The position numbers and the translations under genes are program-made. The notes under the pieces are model-generated. The model worked only from the letters and a program-made list of their open reading frames with translations, was not told the DNA's origin and did no database searches. This document shows, in pieces, positions 15,609-25,090 of a stretch of 35,583 nucleotides of DNA. How positions within the stretch are numbered: the first letter of the stretch is position 1; each line of letters begins with the position of its first letter. Source of the stretch: a virus (lineage: Duplodnaviria > Heunggongvirae > Uroviricota > Caudoviricetes); IMG/VR virus record IMGVR_UViG_2711768048_000005, positions 1-35,583 of that record; one strand, written 5' to 3'.

Positions 15609-18600
15609 TTATTTAGTTGCTTTCAGCTCGGCAATCTCTTTATGTAATGCTTCGATCTGCGCTTTATATTTGGCGTCCATTTCCTGCATTGCTTTAATAA
15701 TCAGAGCATTGACAGCAGAGTTAGAAATAGTCTTGATTGCTTCTGGATGTTCTGGATCTTCTGTGGATTGAATACCTACTGCTTCCGGCAATACTTTTTC
15801 CAGATCCTGAGCAATAATACCTACTTCGCGTTTAATCACCGTGTCATCGGAAAGAGATTTAACTTTATCGTAGGTGTAGACTTTCAGTGAGTTTACTTTC
15901 TCTAATGCACCGTCCTTTAATTCTTCCTTGTTAATTTTCAAACGGGAGTCAGAGCGAATGTAAACATCGTTAAAGCTACCGTTACGACCTGCGGTAAAGT
16001 CACCAGAGGCGTTAAAGTCAAAGTTAGTATCATGAACATGGAGACGAACAAGAGCGTTACCGATAGTACCGCTAGGAACATGTACACCCATTGCTGCAAT
16101 GTGATATTGACCCCAATGAGTAGCTTTCCAGATGTTATGTGCTGAATCTTTTGATTGGGGGCAATCAACTTGCAAACCGGAAGCACGGTCACGCCAACTA
16201 GACCAGCTACCACCAGAAACGTTACCACGAATCAAACCTTTATCAGATCCACCGACGCTACCAGATTCAAGATGAATCATCTTATCCGCAAGTTTCCACA
16301 CCTGGGCTTGTTTCTGACCACGGAAGCGAATAACACCAGCATCATCGGAATACATCAAACCTAGTTCTAATCCAGTTGGATCTCTAAACCAGATATGCTT
16401 ATTACCAGTGCGACGAAATTCAATATCAGCACCGTTCAAAAGAATATTGCCGCCAGTGTGAATTGCTTGAGGCTTAACAGTACCGTTGATGGCAAACTCA
16501 ATTGCCGTAGTACCCGGACCGCCCGGACGTTGGGTATACCAATGCCAACCACTTTCATCTACACACTCGAAAACCTGTTTACGGGAATCACTATTACCCC
16601 AAGCACGAATATTGAAACTAGAAGTAGCTGTACCCTTACCCCACGTTAATTTTCCTTCGGTAGTTAAATCCCCTCGGAAATGAGCAAGCAAACCACCAGA
16701 TCCGTTGCGTTCAGTGGTAAAGTGAGTTCCGCTAGTGTCCTGGAATTGCAAAACGTTATATCGATCGGCATTACTATTCCCCCAATGGTTAATCGTGAAA
16801 GAATCCATCGACTGATTCCCACCCGCAGAGAAAGTAAGCAATCCTTTTTCTAAGAATACGTTGTTGCTAAAACGGGCAGCACGGCTATCTCTTTCAAGAA
16901 TTAATGCACCTTCGTTACCATCACCGCCTAAAGTAACTTTACCGTTAGTCAAATCGTAAATGAACGGTCTGTTTCCATTCCACCCGCCCAATTTATCATT
17001 TTCGGCAGTAGAAAGAAGATAAACTTTAGTGCCGTCATTACGCCAGAATGCACCATAATTACCGTAGATCATGCGGTAAGCGTCGCTATTCATTGAGATG
17101 AATTGAGCGTTAGTATAAACTCGCTTCATGTTACCTGTCTGAAATTCGATCTGCCCGTCGATGTGGTGACGAATAGAACTACCACCCACATCGCTATACC
17201 ATTCAAAAACGTTAGTATCAGCATTGGCATAACCGATCCAACCTTGACGCGTAATATCTCCAGTCCGGTTATCTTGAAACGCAATGTGGTTAGATTGACC
17301 AGCAGGTCGGCGTAGTGTAATGGCATTAGATCCGCCATTTAACAGCATACGACCAGAAATAATATTACCTTTATGAGTTCCGGCAATTGAGCTACTAGAT
17401 TCAATAGTCATAATTTCCTGAGCATCAGTGCTACCAGTAGCCAGACGATAACTGGAACCTTGAACCGTCTCATGCCAGATCATTTCATTATAGTTACTAC
17501 GGAATTTACGAATATATTTCCGTCCAGTACCTCTATCATTGCTTAGATGAACAATGTCATAGCTGTTTTGTGTATTGTCGTCAAAACTCAACACACCACG
17601 TTTATTTTCTGTATTGAATAGAGTAATGATGCGCCCACCAATAACACCAACAGAAGGTTTAATTAACGTGGCTTCCGGTGTATCGTGAACAGTCAGATTA
17701 ACATAAACACTTTTACCAAATTCAACAATAACGTTATCAGTGTAACGCTGATATTTCACATAAATGTCATAGTTATCACCGGATGTATTGACGGCAAATA
17801 CATCAAAATCTTTGACGGTATTTCGACGATATGCAACTACGTTAAGTCCTTTAGGTCTATCGTTACCACTACGGAGAAGAATTTCTACTACATCAACTTG
17901 GTCATATGCCGTAACGTTGTAACCATTACCACCATGAATACGGAAAAACACACTACGCCCGTTTTGTGGAATTGTTGCGGTTGCCAATTTGAAATATGCA
18001 GATACGTTTTCGCTAGAATTGGGAACAGACATAACGACGTTTTTAACAAACATCTTATCAACTTCGGCTTTGGTGTATGCACCAATCTCGCCAGGAGTCG
18101 GCTTATCACCTTCGTGATACATCTTATAGCTAAAGTTCTTCTGTCCTTCTCTATCAAAACCATAGGTTTCAACACGAGATCCACCAGACGCATAACGGAA
18201 AGTAAATCCGCGACCGTGCGCTTTACCGGAAGAGTGAGGAACGTTAAGAGTTAGATCCATGAGTCCATCTTGACCATTGGTACGGAAAGCACCAAAGTAG
18301 TTAAGATCTCTCGCTGTCTGGTCTTCCAAATAGTTAGCTGTCTTGCTTAACAGATACCCACCATGCTTAGTATTGGTATTCTTCTTGATGTAAGCAGCAT
18401 CGGCACTACCTTCAATAGAATCAATTCGCTGGTTAGTTGCGGCAATTGCGGCATCGGCACTGGCCTTGTTATTTGCAACAGTTCTTTCAATGGCTGTCTT
18501 ATTCGCAGAGACCGTACTAGTAAGATTGGTGATCTTCGTGTCCGCATCTTTCTTATTATCCGCTACCGTCTTTTCTATTGCTGATTTATTTGCTGAGACA

Positions 18601-19139
18601 GTATTCGTTAAGTTAGTAACGTTGGTATTAGTCTGATCAACTCGTGCATTAATATCTGTCTTGTTCTTGTTAATTGTTGCGTTGATAGTATCGCGGGTTG
18701 AAGTAATAGTCTGATTCAGTTCAGTCTTAGCAGCCGCCAGAGCGTTAGCCGCTTCGGTTTTATTGTTACCTACTGTGGTAGTCAAAGCATCAATTCGTTT
18801 GTTGGCTGCGGTGTCGCCAGCAGTGATTGAAGCATTGAGAGCATCACGGGTAGAAGTGATAGTCTGATTCAGTTCAGCTTTAGCACTAGCCAGATTATCA
18901 GCAGCTTCTTTCTTATTTGCTGCAATAACCTTATCTGTGTTGGCCTTGTTGGTGTCTACTTTCGTATTCAGTTCAGCGTGTTTTTCTGGAGAAACACTAA
19001 TTTGAACTACGTTATTATTTTTGTCTTTGGTGTAAATCACATGATCCGCCAGTTGTAAGGCGATCTCACCCTGTGATAATTGTTCCGGCGTTGGTTTTTT
19101 ACCAGCCGTTTGTGTGCGTTTAAATTGGATCGACTGCAT
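15609..19139 (-). CDS. long tail fibre (L-shaped-fibre-like) with C-terminal intramolecular chaperone-like domain
   Basis: 1176 aa. N-terminal repeated heptad-like segments (NQTITSTRD..., TNLTSTVSANKTAIERTVANNK). The C-terminal ~130 aa (SDSRLKINKEELKDGALEKVNSLKVYTYDK...) resemble the self-cleaving chaperone domain of endosialidase-type fibres. Confidence 0.75.
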   Translation of the reverse strand: MQSIQFKRTQTAGKKPTPEQLSQGEIALQLADHVIYTKDKNNNVVQISVSPEKHAELNTKVDTNKANTDKVIAANKKEAADNLASAKAELNQTITSTRDALNASITAGDTAANKRIDALTTTVGNNKTEAANALAAAKTELNQTITSTRDTINATINKNKTDINARVDQTNTNVTNLTNTVSANKSAIEKTVADNKKDADTKITNLTSTVSANKTAIERTVANNKASADAAIAATNQRIDSIEGSADAAYIKKNTNTKHGGYLLSKTANYLEDQTARDLNYFGAFRTNGQDGLMDLTLNVPHSSGKAHGRGFTFRYASGGSRVETYGFDREGQKNFSYKMYHEGDKPTPGEIGAYTKAEVDKMFVKNVVMSVPNSSENVSAYFKLATATIPQNGRSVFFRIHGGNGYNVTAYDQVDVVEILLRSGNDRPKGLNVVAYRRNTVKDFDVFAVNTSGDNYDIYVKYQRYTDNVIVEFGKSVYVNLTVHDTPEATLIKPSVGVIGGRIITLFNTENKRGVLSFDDNTQNSYDIVHLSNDRGTGRKYIRKFRSNYNEMIWHETVQGSSYRLATGSTDAQEIMTIESSSSIAGTHKGNIISGRMLLNGGSNAITLRRPAGQSNHIAFQDNRTGDITRQGWIGYANADTNVFEWYSDVGGSSIRHHIDGQIEFQTGNMKRVYTNAQFISMNSDAYRMIYGNYGAFWRNDGTKVYLLSTAENDKLGGWNGNRPFIYDLTNGKVTLGGDGNEGALILERDSRAARFSNNVFLEKGLLTFSAGGNQSMDSFTINHWGNSNADRYNVLQFQDTSGTHFTTERNGSGGLLAHFRGDLTTEGKLTWGKGTATSSFNIRAWGNSDSRKQVFECVDESGWHWYTQRPGGPGTTAIEFAINGTVKPQAIHTGGNILLNGADIEFRRTGNKHIWFRDPTGLELGLMYSDDAGVIRFRGQKQAQVWKLADKMIHLESGSVGGSDKGLIRGNVSGGSWSSWRDRASGLQVDCPQSKDSAHNIWKATHWGQYHIAAMGVHVPSGTIGNALVRLHVHDTNFDFNASGDFTAGRNGSFNDVYIRSDSRLKINKEELKDGALEKVNSLKVYTYDKVKSLSDDTVIKREVGIIAQDLEKVLPEAVGIQSTEDPEHPEAIKTISNSAVNALIIKAMQEMDAKYKAQIEALHKEIAELKATK

Positions 19140-19218
19140 CGAATCACCTCACTATAAAACAGGAATAAGGGAGGCGTTAACCTCCCAGCGTTCATGTTTT
19201 ATTTAGGTAGGAGAATCC

Positions 19219-20052
19219 TTAGTATTCGCCGAAATCGATCCGGTCAGTCTTAGCCACTGCGCCAATTTCGCTAGGTGTCGGTTTCTCATTGGAGGAATAT
19301 ACCTTGATCCATTCAGAGCGACCGTTTTCCTGAATATTTCGGACGCGTAAACGTGGTGCGCCAGAAGTATTACAGGTTAATTGCCATGCGCCATGCTCAT
19401 CAGCTTGAAGGTGAATTAATGCTGTGTCGGTTGAATATGGATTACCGCTAGCAGTTCCCTTGTAAGTTACGAAACGGTTTCCGGCTAATGCCTCGCTATC
19501 AATCGGACCCGTGAATGGATTTACACCAGCACCCAAACCAAAATCACCCTGACGTAAGATCCGGCCTTCGGTAGCAATACCCCTTGCCAAAATCCCGCCA
19601 TCTGGTTCAAGTTTAAATTCCAGTGTTACAGCTTTGTTATCTGCGCCACGGGTTTTGTGACTAGTGACATAAGCGTCATAGATGACATAGTAACCAGTGT
19701 TAGCAGCACTATAGCCAGAGTTCACAACATAGAACATACGGAAGCGTAAAGGTGTTTTATCCTCTACCGCTTTCATCAACATTGCTTGATGTTCATCGTC
19801 AAGAACACGGTTTAATGTGAGTGTTGTCGGTTCCAGTCTACGATAACCAGCAAGTTTCCCCGTAGCGTCCTGATCGTACTCTTCCAGAGTTTCTATCTCT
19901 GTGGATTCGGTTAGCGTAGGGAATGCTGCGATGTTCTCCATAGAACTAAAGCTAGGATCGAAAAAGTCGACCTGATTGTCTATCTGGTTAGAGATCGACA
20001 CTTCAACATGTGATCCAGTGAAAATATCTAAGTTATCTTGTGTAATATTCAT
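19219..20052 (-). CDS. tail/fibre-associated structural protein (277 aa)
   Basis: Shares a KPTPxEIGA motif with the long fibre (KPTPSEIGAV here, KPTPGEIGAY in the fibre). Position between head-tail connector genes and the fibre. Confidence 0.45.
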   Translation of the reverse strand: MNITQDNLDIFTGSHVEVSISNQIDNQVDFFDPSFSSMENIAAFPTLTESTEIETLEEYDQDATGKLAGYRRLEPTTLTLNRVLDDEHQAMLMKAVEDKTPLRFRMFYVVNSGYSAANTGYYVIYDAYVTSHKTRGADNKAVTLEFKLEPDGGILARGIATEGRILRQGDFGLGAGVNPFTGPIDSEALAGNRFVTYKGTASGNPYSTDTALIHLQADEHGAWQLTCNTSGAPRLRVRNIQENGRSEWIKVYSSNEKPTPSEIGAVAKTDRIDFGEY

Positions 20053-20061
20053 TATTACCCC

Positions 20062-20532
20062 TTAAAAACGCGCTAGATAAGAAAATTTAAGGCTAAGTGT
20101 CCCAACGATACCCCCATCACTAGAATCATCGTCATAATCGGTATTAGAGGCTACTGGAGTGATATCTGAAATAGAGAAGCCCAAATCTTTAAATCGTGGG
20201 TTATCCGGCTGAATCTGGATTATCTGGCAAATACCCTCATGAATTTTCGTTTCATGAATCTGAGAATATAACTGCATTTCGATAACGCATTCAGCTTGGA
20301 TTGCATTACCGCCACGAACACGCGTATAAGTTTCATTCATTCCAGTAATCCAACAAACCACATCATCACTAAAGCCTTGCTGAGTTTGTTCTACGTTTAA
20401 AGCCAGACCTAAATCTTGTTCGATAATATCTTGCAAGGCGCGTTTGATTTTCAGTCTAGGCATGTTATTAACGGTAGCGAGCATGTGTACCCCCTGCCAG
20501 AGTAATAAAGCAATCAGTGGTATTATCACCAT
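20062..20532 (-). CDS. head-tail connector / tail completion protein (positional call)
   Basis: Small ORF between capsid and tail genes. Track start overlaps the upstream gene, so the true start is probably internal. Confidence 0.35.
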   Translation of the reverse strand: MVIIPLIALLLWQGVHMLATVNNMPRLKIKRALQDIIEQDLGLALNVEQTQQGFSDDVVCWITGMNETYTRVRGGNAIQAECVIEMQLYSQIHETKIHEGICQIIQIQPDNPRFKDLGFSISDITPVASNTDYDDDSSDGGIVGTLSLKFSYLARF

Positions 20533-20758
20533 TGCGCTTAACGTATTGAACTTTGAAACGCTGATTTTCTACAGTGACAACATCACCCTGATTTAAGTCT
20601 CCCTCACGACAGAATAGAAATTCTGTTTCTGTCATTACCCCTTGTTCGTCGGTAGTAGTAATTTCATGATAAGCACGAATTGATTTACCACCTTCCACCG
20701 AAAATACAGGAGCACTCTTAAACATTCTTGATAATTGTGATTCTGATAATTTGAACAT
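20468..20758 (-). CDS. head completion / head-tail adaptor protein (positional call)
   Basis: 96-aa ORF immediately downstream of the capsid gene terminator. Confidence 0.35.
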   Translation of the reverse strand: MFKLSESQLSRMFKSAPVFSVEGGKSIRAYHEITTTDEQGVMTETEFLFCREGDLNQGDVVTVENQRFKVQYVKRNGDNTTDCFITLAGGTHARYR

Positions 20759-20787
20759 AGTTACCCCCTTTATGGAGTATTTACATA

Positions 20788-20815
20788 CAAAAAAGCCCCA
20801 CCGTTAGGCAGGGCT
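20788..20815 (-). terminator. rho-independent terminator after the capsid gene and its extension
   Basis: Minus-sense agccctgcctaacggtggggc followed by tttttt. Near-identical to 14917-14946. Confidence 0.6.
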
Positions 20816-20820
20816 AATTA

Positions 20821-20949
20821 TTATTCTTTAGTTTTACGTTGTTTTTTAACTGTGGCTTTCGCCGTAACCGTCTGGGAATCTTCTTCCGGTTTAGGAATCA
20901 GATTTTCTTCCCCCAAATCGGGGGAAGGTTCAGAAGGTTCTACGCTAGT
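20821..20949 (-). other. in-frame 42-codon extension downstream of the TGA stop of the capsid gene (candidate read-through C-terminal extension)
   Basis: Translation past TGA (20950-20952) gives TSVEPSEPSPDLGEENLIPKPEEDSQTVTAKATVKKQRKTKE, ending at TAA 20821-20823. Same TGA-ACT-A context as the tail tube gene. Confidence 0.45.
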
Positions 20950-22956
20950 TCAGTCAGCGGAGATGTGAAGAACTTTCAGCGCTTCCGGCTGGGTTACAAC
21001 GTAATCCAGATCTACCCAGATACGCGGAACGATAGCAGACTGTGCGCGGTAGGTAGTGTCATCAATGTCAAGTTCCAGACCACCCCATTCACCGATGGTA
21101 ATAGCGTCGAACGATCCCAGAACGATGTGGTCTACCGGAATAACACCTGAAGTAACTACGTCGTAACCAGCCAGTTTACCGTTTTCGATGATATAACCGG
21201 AAACACCGTTATCTTTCAGGGTAGATTCCAGTTCAGCAGCAGTTGCACCGCTCATTGCAAACTTGATCGCCTGAGCAGGAACGCCAGCGTCGGTCAGTTT
21301 AGCAATTTCTTTCAGGAAGTCTTTATAAGAGAAAGCAGCTTTCTTCTCTACGCGACCAGCATCTACCAGTTGTTTAATCACACCAGCCGGACCACGAGCA
21401 TTTTCTTTATCGGACAGAATCAGTTGTTCCAGTTTGATGCGAACAGCCTGGTTAATGTGATCAGTGATCAGGGTAGCGATCCCAGGAACGGTCTTGAGGC
21501 TAGCCCTAGAAATTGGGTTGCCACCAGCAAAAGTTTTCGGAGCCATTTTCACGTTCGCAAATTCGGCTTTACCTTCCGGTGCAGCACCGTTTTCATCAAC
21601 GAAGCCGAAAGATTCAACGCTAGAAGCGGTCATTTTCGGAATAGCGGTCGGCGAAGTCAGACCAGACAGGACTTTCACACCCAGACGACCCAGAACGGAT
21701 TCCGGCATCAGCATCGCTACATAGGAATCATTCAGCAGTTTTTCGTCAGTTACAGCGGTCAGAGTAGCTTTGGTGTTACCATCAGCAGCAGCACGCATAG
21801 CAGCAGTAGGAACGAATACGGAGCCACCGCGAGCAGCACGACCACGCTGCATAGTTGCAGTAGCAGCCATTGCAGAAAACTCGGCTTCGTTAGCACCCAG
21901 AGCTTCACCATCTACCAGAGAGCGAATTACGTTGTTCAGGTCAAAAGTTTTTTCCATTTTAGAGTCCTTAATTTGTTGTTCGTTATTACGTTGAGCATTG
22001 GTAATGTTATTTAGTGCCTTAGTGCGGAATGCTTCCGGCGTCATGTCTTTAATTGCCAATGCGCGTTCTAATTCTTCGTCGTTAATATTTAGTTCGCGTG
22101 CAATTTCGCGAATTTCTAATTCGTCTTCTTCGGAACGTTCAGCCACTTCCTCGTTTTTTTCTTCTTCAACCGGAGCGGCTTCACGTTCTTCTTTTACTTC
22201 TTCTGTTTCCCGAACAGTTGAACTATCATCATCAACACTTTCAGGATGTTCAGCGTCTTTTCCGTCTTCGAGATTTTCATCTTCTTTATTCTCTTCAACT
22301 TGGCGCTCTTGAGTTTCTTCAACTTCCGATTCTTTATTTTCTTCTACCGGAGTTTCTTCAACCTGAGCGGATTCTTGTTCTTCTTTGATTTCTTCAATTT
22401 GTTCTTTAGTCATATCGCGTTTAGCCTCCAAATTAACTGTGATAGTATTTAGAGAGCGATTTAAACCGACCGTATCGTCTGCGGGAACGGTGACAAATGA
22501 GAGTTCATAGGGTGCCCACTTAGTAACAATCAATTGCCCTTTGGCGTAATCGATGTGATATTCTTTAATGTCATAGCCGACAGAAATTTTTTCCATCGTA
22601 CCTTCAATGACTTTATTACGAACATCATTAGCCAAAGTGCCATGTTTAGAGAATTTAACCAGAGCACGGCCTACGTTATCCGCATCGATTCGAGCGTCGC
22701 AGACTACACCTAAATGATTATCGAAATTATGATTGAACAGCAACGGAGCGTTATTATTCAGACGAGACAGATCAACCGCTTCCGGTGTATGTACCAGAAT
22801 TTCATCTAATACCACCATTTCTTGATTTTGCTCATCCCAGAATTGGCGCTGATAAGGCTGTTCACTGGAGAAAGCAATTTCAAATTCGTATTGATCATTA
22901 TGCCCTTCGTTAATAACTCCACCGTAACCGTTAAGATCGCGGCGAAATTTAAGCAT
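20950..22956 (-). CDS. prohead protease - acidic scaffold-like linker - HK97-fold major capsid protein fusion
   Basis: 668 aa. The N-terminal ~180 aa carry HK97-type prohead protease features (LLFNHNFDNHLGV, ELSFVTVPAD). The middle is an acidic E/K-rich low-complexity region. The C-terminal ~300 aa look like a major capsid protein. Ends in TGA. Confidence 0.8.
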   Translation of the reverse strand: MLKFRRDLNGYGGVINEGHNDQYEFEIAFSSEQPYQRQFWDEQNQEMVVLDEILVHTPEAVDLSRLNNNAPLLFNHNFDNHLGVVCDARIDADNVGRALVKFSKHGTLANDVRNKVIEGTMEKISVGYDIKEYHIDYAKGQLIVTKWAPYELSFVTVPADDTVGLNRSLNTITVNLEAKRDMTKEQIEEIKEEQESAQVEETPVEENKESEVEETQERQVEENKEDENLEDGKDAEHPESVDDDSSTVRETEEVKEEREAAPVEEEKNEEVAERSEEDELEIREIARELNINDEELERALAIKDMTPEAFRTKALNNITNAQRNNEQQIKDSKMEKTFDLNNVIRSLVDGEALGANEAEFSAMAATATMQRGRAARGGSVFVPTAAMRAAADGNTKATLTAVTDEKLLNDSYVAMLMPESVLGRLGVKVLSGLTSPTAIPKMTASSVESFGFVDENGAAPEGKAEFANVKMAPKTFAGGNPISRASLKTVPGIATLITDHINQAVRIKLEQLILSDKENARGPAGVIKQLVDAGRVEKKAAFSYKDFLKEIAKLTDAGVPAQAIKFAMSGATAAELESTLKDNGVSGYIIENGKLAGYDVVTSGVIPVDHIVLGSFDAITIGEWGGLELDIDDTTYRAQSAIVPRIWVDLDYVVTQPEALKVLHISAD

Positions 22957-23001
22957 TTAATCACCTTTAATTAATTGGGGGCATTGCGCCCCCGTTGGTT
23001 A

Positions 23002-24513
23002 TTAGGGATCGGCTGGGGAATTTTTTTCTTCACCCTCGCCATTAACGATAATATTTAGTGCGCTCTTTTCGGCTTGAATCTCTGAGAATACTTTTTCAGG
23101 ATCATCACCACGTTCTAATATAACGGCAGTACGTGATTTAAGTCCTTTATCAATTAAAGCAATATCAGCGTTTACGTCTTTAATAACATCGACAGACTCG
23201 AAACGTGGCCTGATAATAGTAGTGTTATCGATAATATGTGGAATTGCAGTAATACGAATCGGAACAATACCACGCGCGGAATAATGACGCAGATACGCTT
23301 CGAAAATTGGCAATACCACTGTTTCAATCAATTTGTTTTGCAGCGATTTAACACGGTTACGTTGAAGTAGTTCACCGAAACGCGCGGCTGAGTAGTTGAT
23401 TTGTGAACAATCTCCTGTTAAGCCCTGATTGAACACGCCAAGACCCATTGCTATGCTAGTGAACATACCAGCGTTAAAGGAAATGAAATCATCGCCGCTT
23501 TGCGTCGCCTGGATGCTCTTGATCGTTGCCCCTTCCGGCAATTCCTGAATAGTACCCGGCGCGAAATCGTGAATAACTTCCGGCGCTTGATATTGGTCTT
23601 CATCTTCACCAGTATCAAAATCGTCACCAGAATCTTTCGGACGCTCGATGAAACACATAGAGCTAGCTGCAATACGTTTCTGGACCAGTACAGCTTCGCG
23701 GAATGCGTCTTGATGTGCGATATCCTTAATCACTGGCAGGAAGTCAGTCACACCACGCAGAGATTCAGCCGCAAGTGGTTGATAATAATGGCATACTTGC
23801 GAAGCATCTACGCGATAGTTATCACCTGTGTAAGTCTGAGTCAGTAGGTTGATTTTACGAAACCAGTATGCTACGGGCTTCATCGTCTCTACGTCATACT
23901 CCACACCTTGATATATCGCACGGTCTTTGCTTACTTCACGGTTTAGCGCCCAGTCGCACTTATCAGCAGACAGGATAGAAACATTTAACTCATTGTTTTC
24001 TTTGGTTAAAACGATGAAGCACTCACCACCCATAACGCGCTCACGTTCAGCCATTACCAGCAGTTCACGGAAGTTAAAACGACCATTGCGGGAGAAGCGT
24101 TTAGCATTCTGCGCCCACTTCCAGAAAGCATTCTCGATCTGCTTATTCAGTGCGCTATCAAGTTTTCCATTTGATTTAACAACTGACGGCTTCGGATCTA
24201 GGCCAGTACCTACCACCATATCGGTGATGTATTGCGTGTAGCGACTGCCTACGGAAGTGTTTAAGGCCAGAGTACGACCCTGATCATAAAGGCGCTTACC
24301 GTTCGATTTGAGAGCCTTATTGAAGGTTCCTGTGATAGTATCTTGTTGAAGCGATCCATCAATGCGATCACCAACTAAGCCCAAAGAACGCTTAGACAAA
24401 TCTTTCTGGAATTTTTCTACTTGTTTGTCGATAAAGATTTTTTGTTGTTGCTGGCGGTGATTAGTTTTAACTGGAGTTTCTACCGCCTTATTGCGTCGAA
24501 AAAGATTAAACAT
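23002..24513 (-). CDS. portal protein
   Basis: 503-aa ORF between the terminase large subunit and the capsid gene; size and position typical of a portal. Confidence 0.75.
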   Translation of the reverse strand: MFNLFRRNKAVETPVKTNHRQQQQKIFIDKQVEKFQKDLSKRSLGLVGDRIDGSLQQDTITGTFNKALKSNGKRLYDQGRTLALNTSVGSRYTQYITDMVVGTGLDPKPSVVKSNGKLDSALNKQIENAFWKWAQNAKRFSRNGRFNFRELLVMAERERVMGGECFIVLTKENNELNVSILSADKCDWALNREVSKDRAIYQGVEYDVETMKPVAYWFRKINLLTQTYTGDNYRVDASQVCHYYQPLAAESLRGVTDFLPVIKDIAHQDAFREAVLVQKRIAASSMCFIERPKDSGDDFDTGEDEDQYQAPEVIHDFAPGTIQELPEGATIKSIQATQSGDDFISFNAGMFTSIAMGLGVFNQGLTGDCSQINYSAARFGELLQRNRVKSLQNKLIETVVLPIFEAYLRHYSARGIVPIRITAIPHIIDNTTIIRPRFESVDVIKDVNADIALIDKGLKSRTAVILERGDDPEKVFSEIQAEKSALNIIVNGEGEEKNSPADP

Positions 24514-24523
24514 GATTTACCCC

Positions 24524-25018
24524 TTATCGCGTAAGACGTAATTTGATATTTTTAATCGGGCTAATTCCCTGTTTACGTCGTTCGGCTTGAATTAATTTAG
24601 ACAGTTGACGTTCATAATCAGTCTTTAATTGCTGGAGAACACCTAATGACTCATAGGCGAAAGTATTCCCTTTCACGGTCATTTGAGATAATGCGGCTTC
24701 GTCCCCAGATAAACGGGCGAAAATAACTTGCTCGATTGTGGCGATAGTTTCCCGCAGATATTCTTTTTTGGATTGTTTGGCGAATACTGGCAAAACAGTT
24801 AATTCCTGCATTGATACCAGTTCTTCTTCCAAAGTGGTTACGATGGTATATTTACCTTCGGCAAAATCTAAGGTTTTAATCTCATGATTAGCCGGAGAAT
24901 CATCAACCTGATAGATGATACCTTTATTATTTCCTACCTGAATTGTTACACCCTCTTCATTCGCCAGCGTGATTTTTTCGCCTTTACGAATTACTAAGGG
25001 AATTAGTTCTAAACTCAT
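24524..25018 (-). CDS. hypothetical head-morphogenesis protein (164 aa)
   Basis: Track ORF between terminase and portal. No motif recognised. Confidence 0.4.
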   Translation of the reverse strand: MSLELIPLVIRKGEKITLANEEGVTIQVGNNKGIIYQVDDSPANHEIKTLDFAEGKYTIVTTLEEELVSMQELTVLPVFAKQSKKEYLRETIATIEQVIFARLSGDEAALSQMTVKGNTFAYESLGVLQQLKTDYERQLSKLIQAERRKQGISPIKNIKLRLTR

Positions 25019-25090
25019 AATTACCCCTTATTTAATTGTTATTGGATTAACAATATTTAGGAGTAAGCCGCCCCGAAGGACGGCGAGTTA

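Noticed and set aside
21370-22452. Several plus-strand track ORFs inside the capsid gene region
   Set aside because: All are antisense to the 668-codon capsid fusion gene, which has clear protease and capsid features. The low-complexity Ser/Phe/Leu translations reflect the acidic repeat region read backwards.
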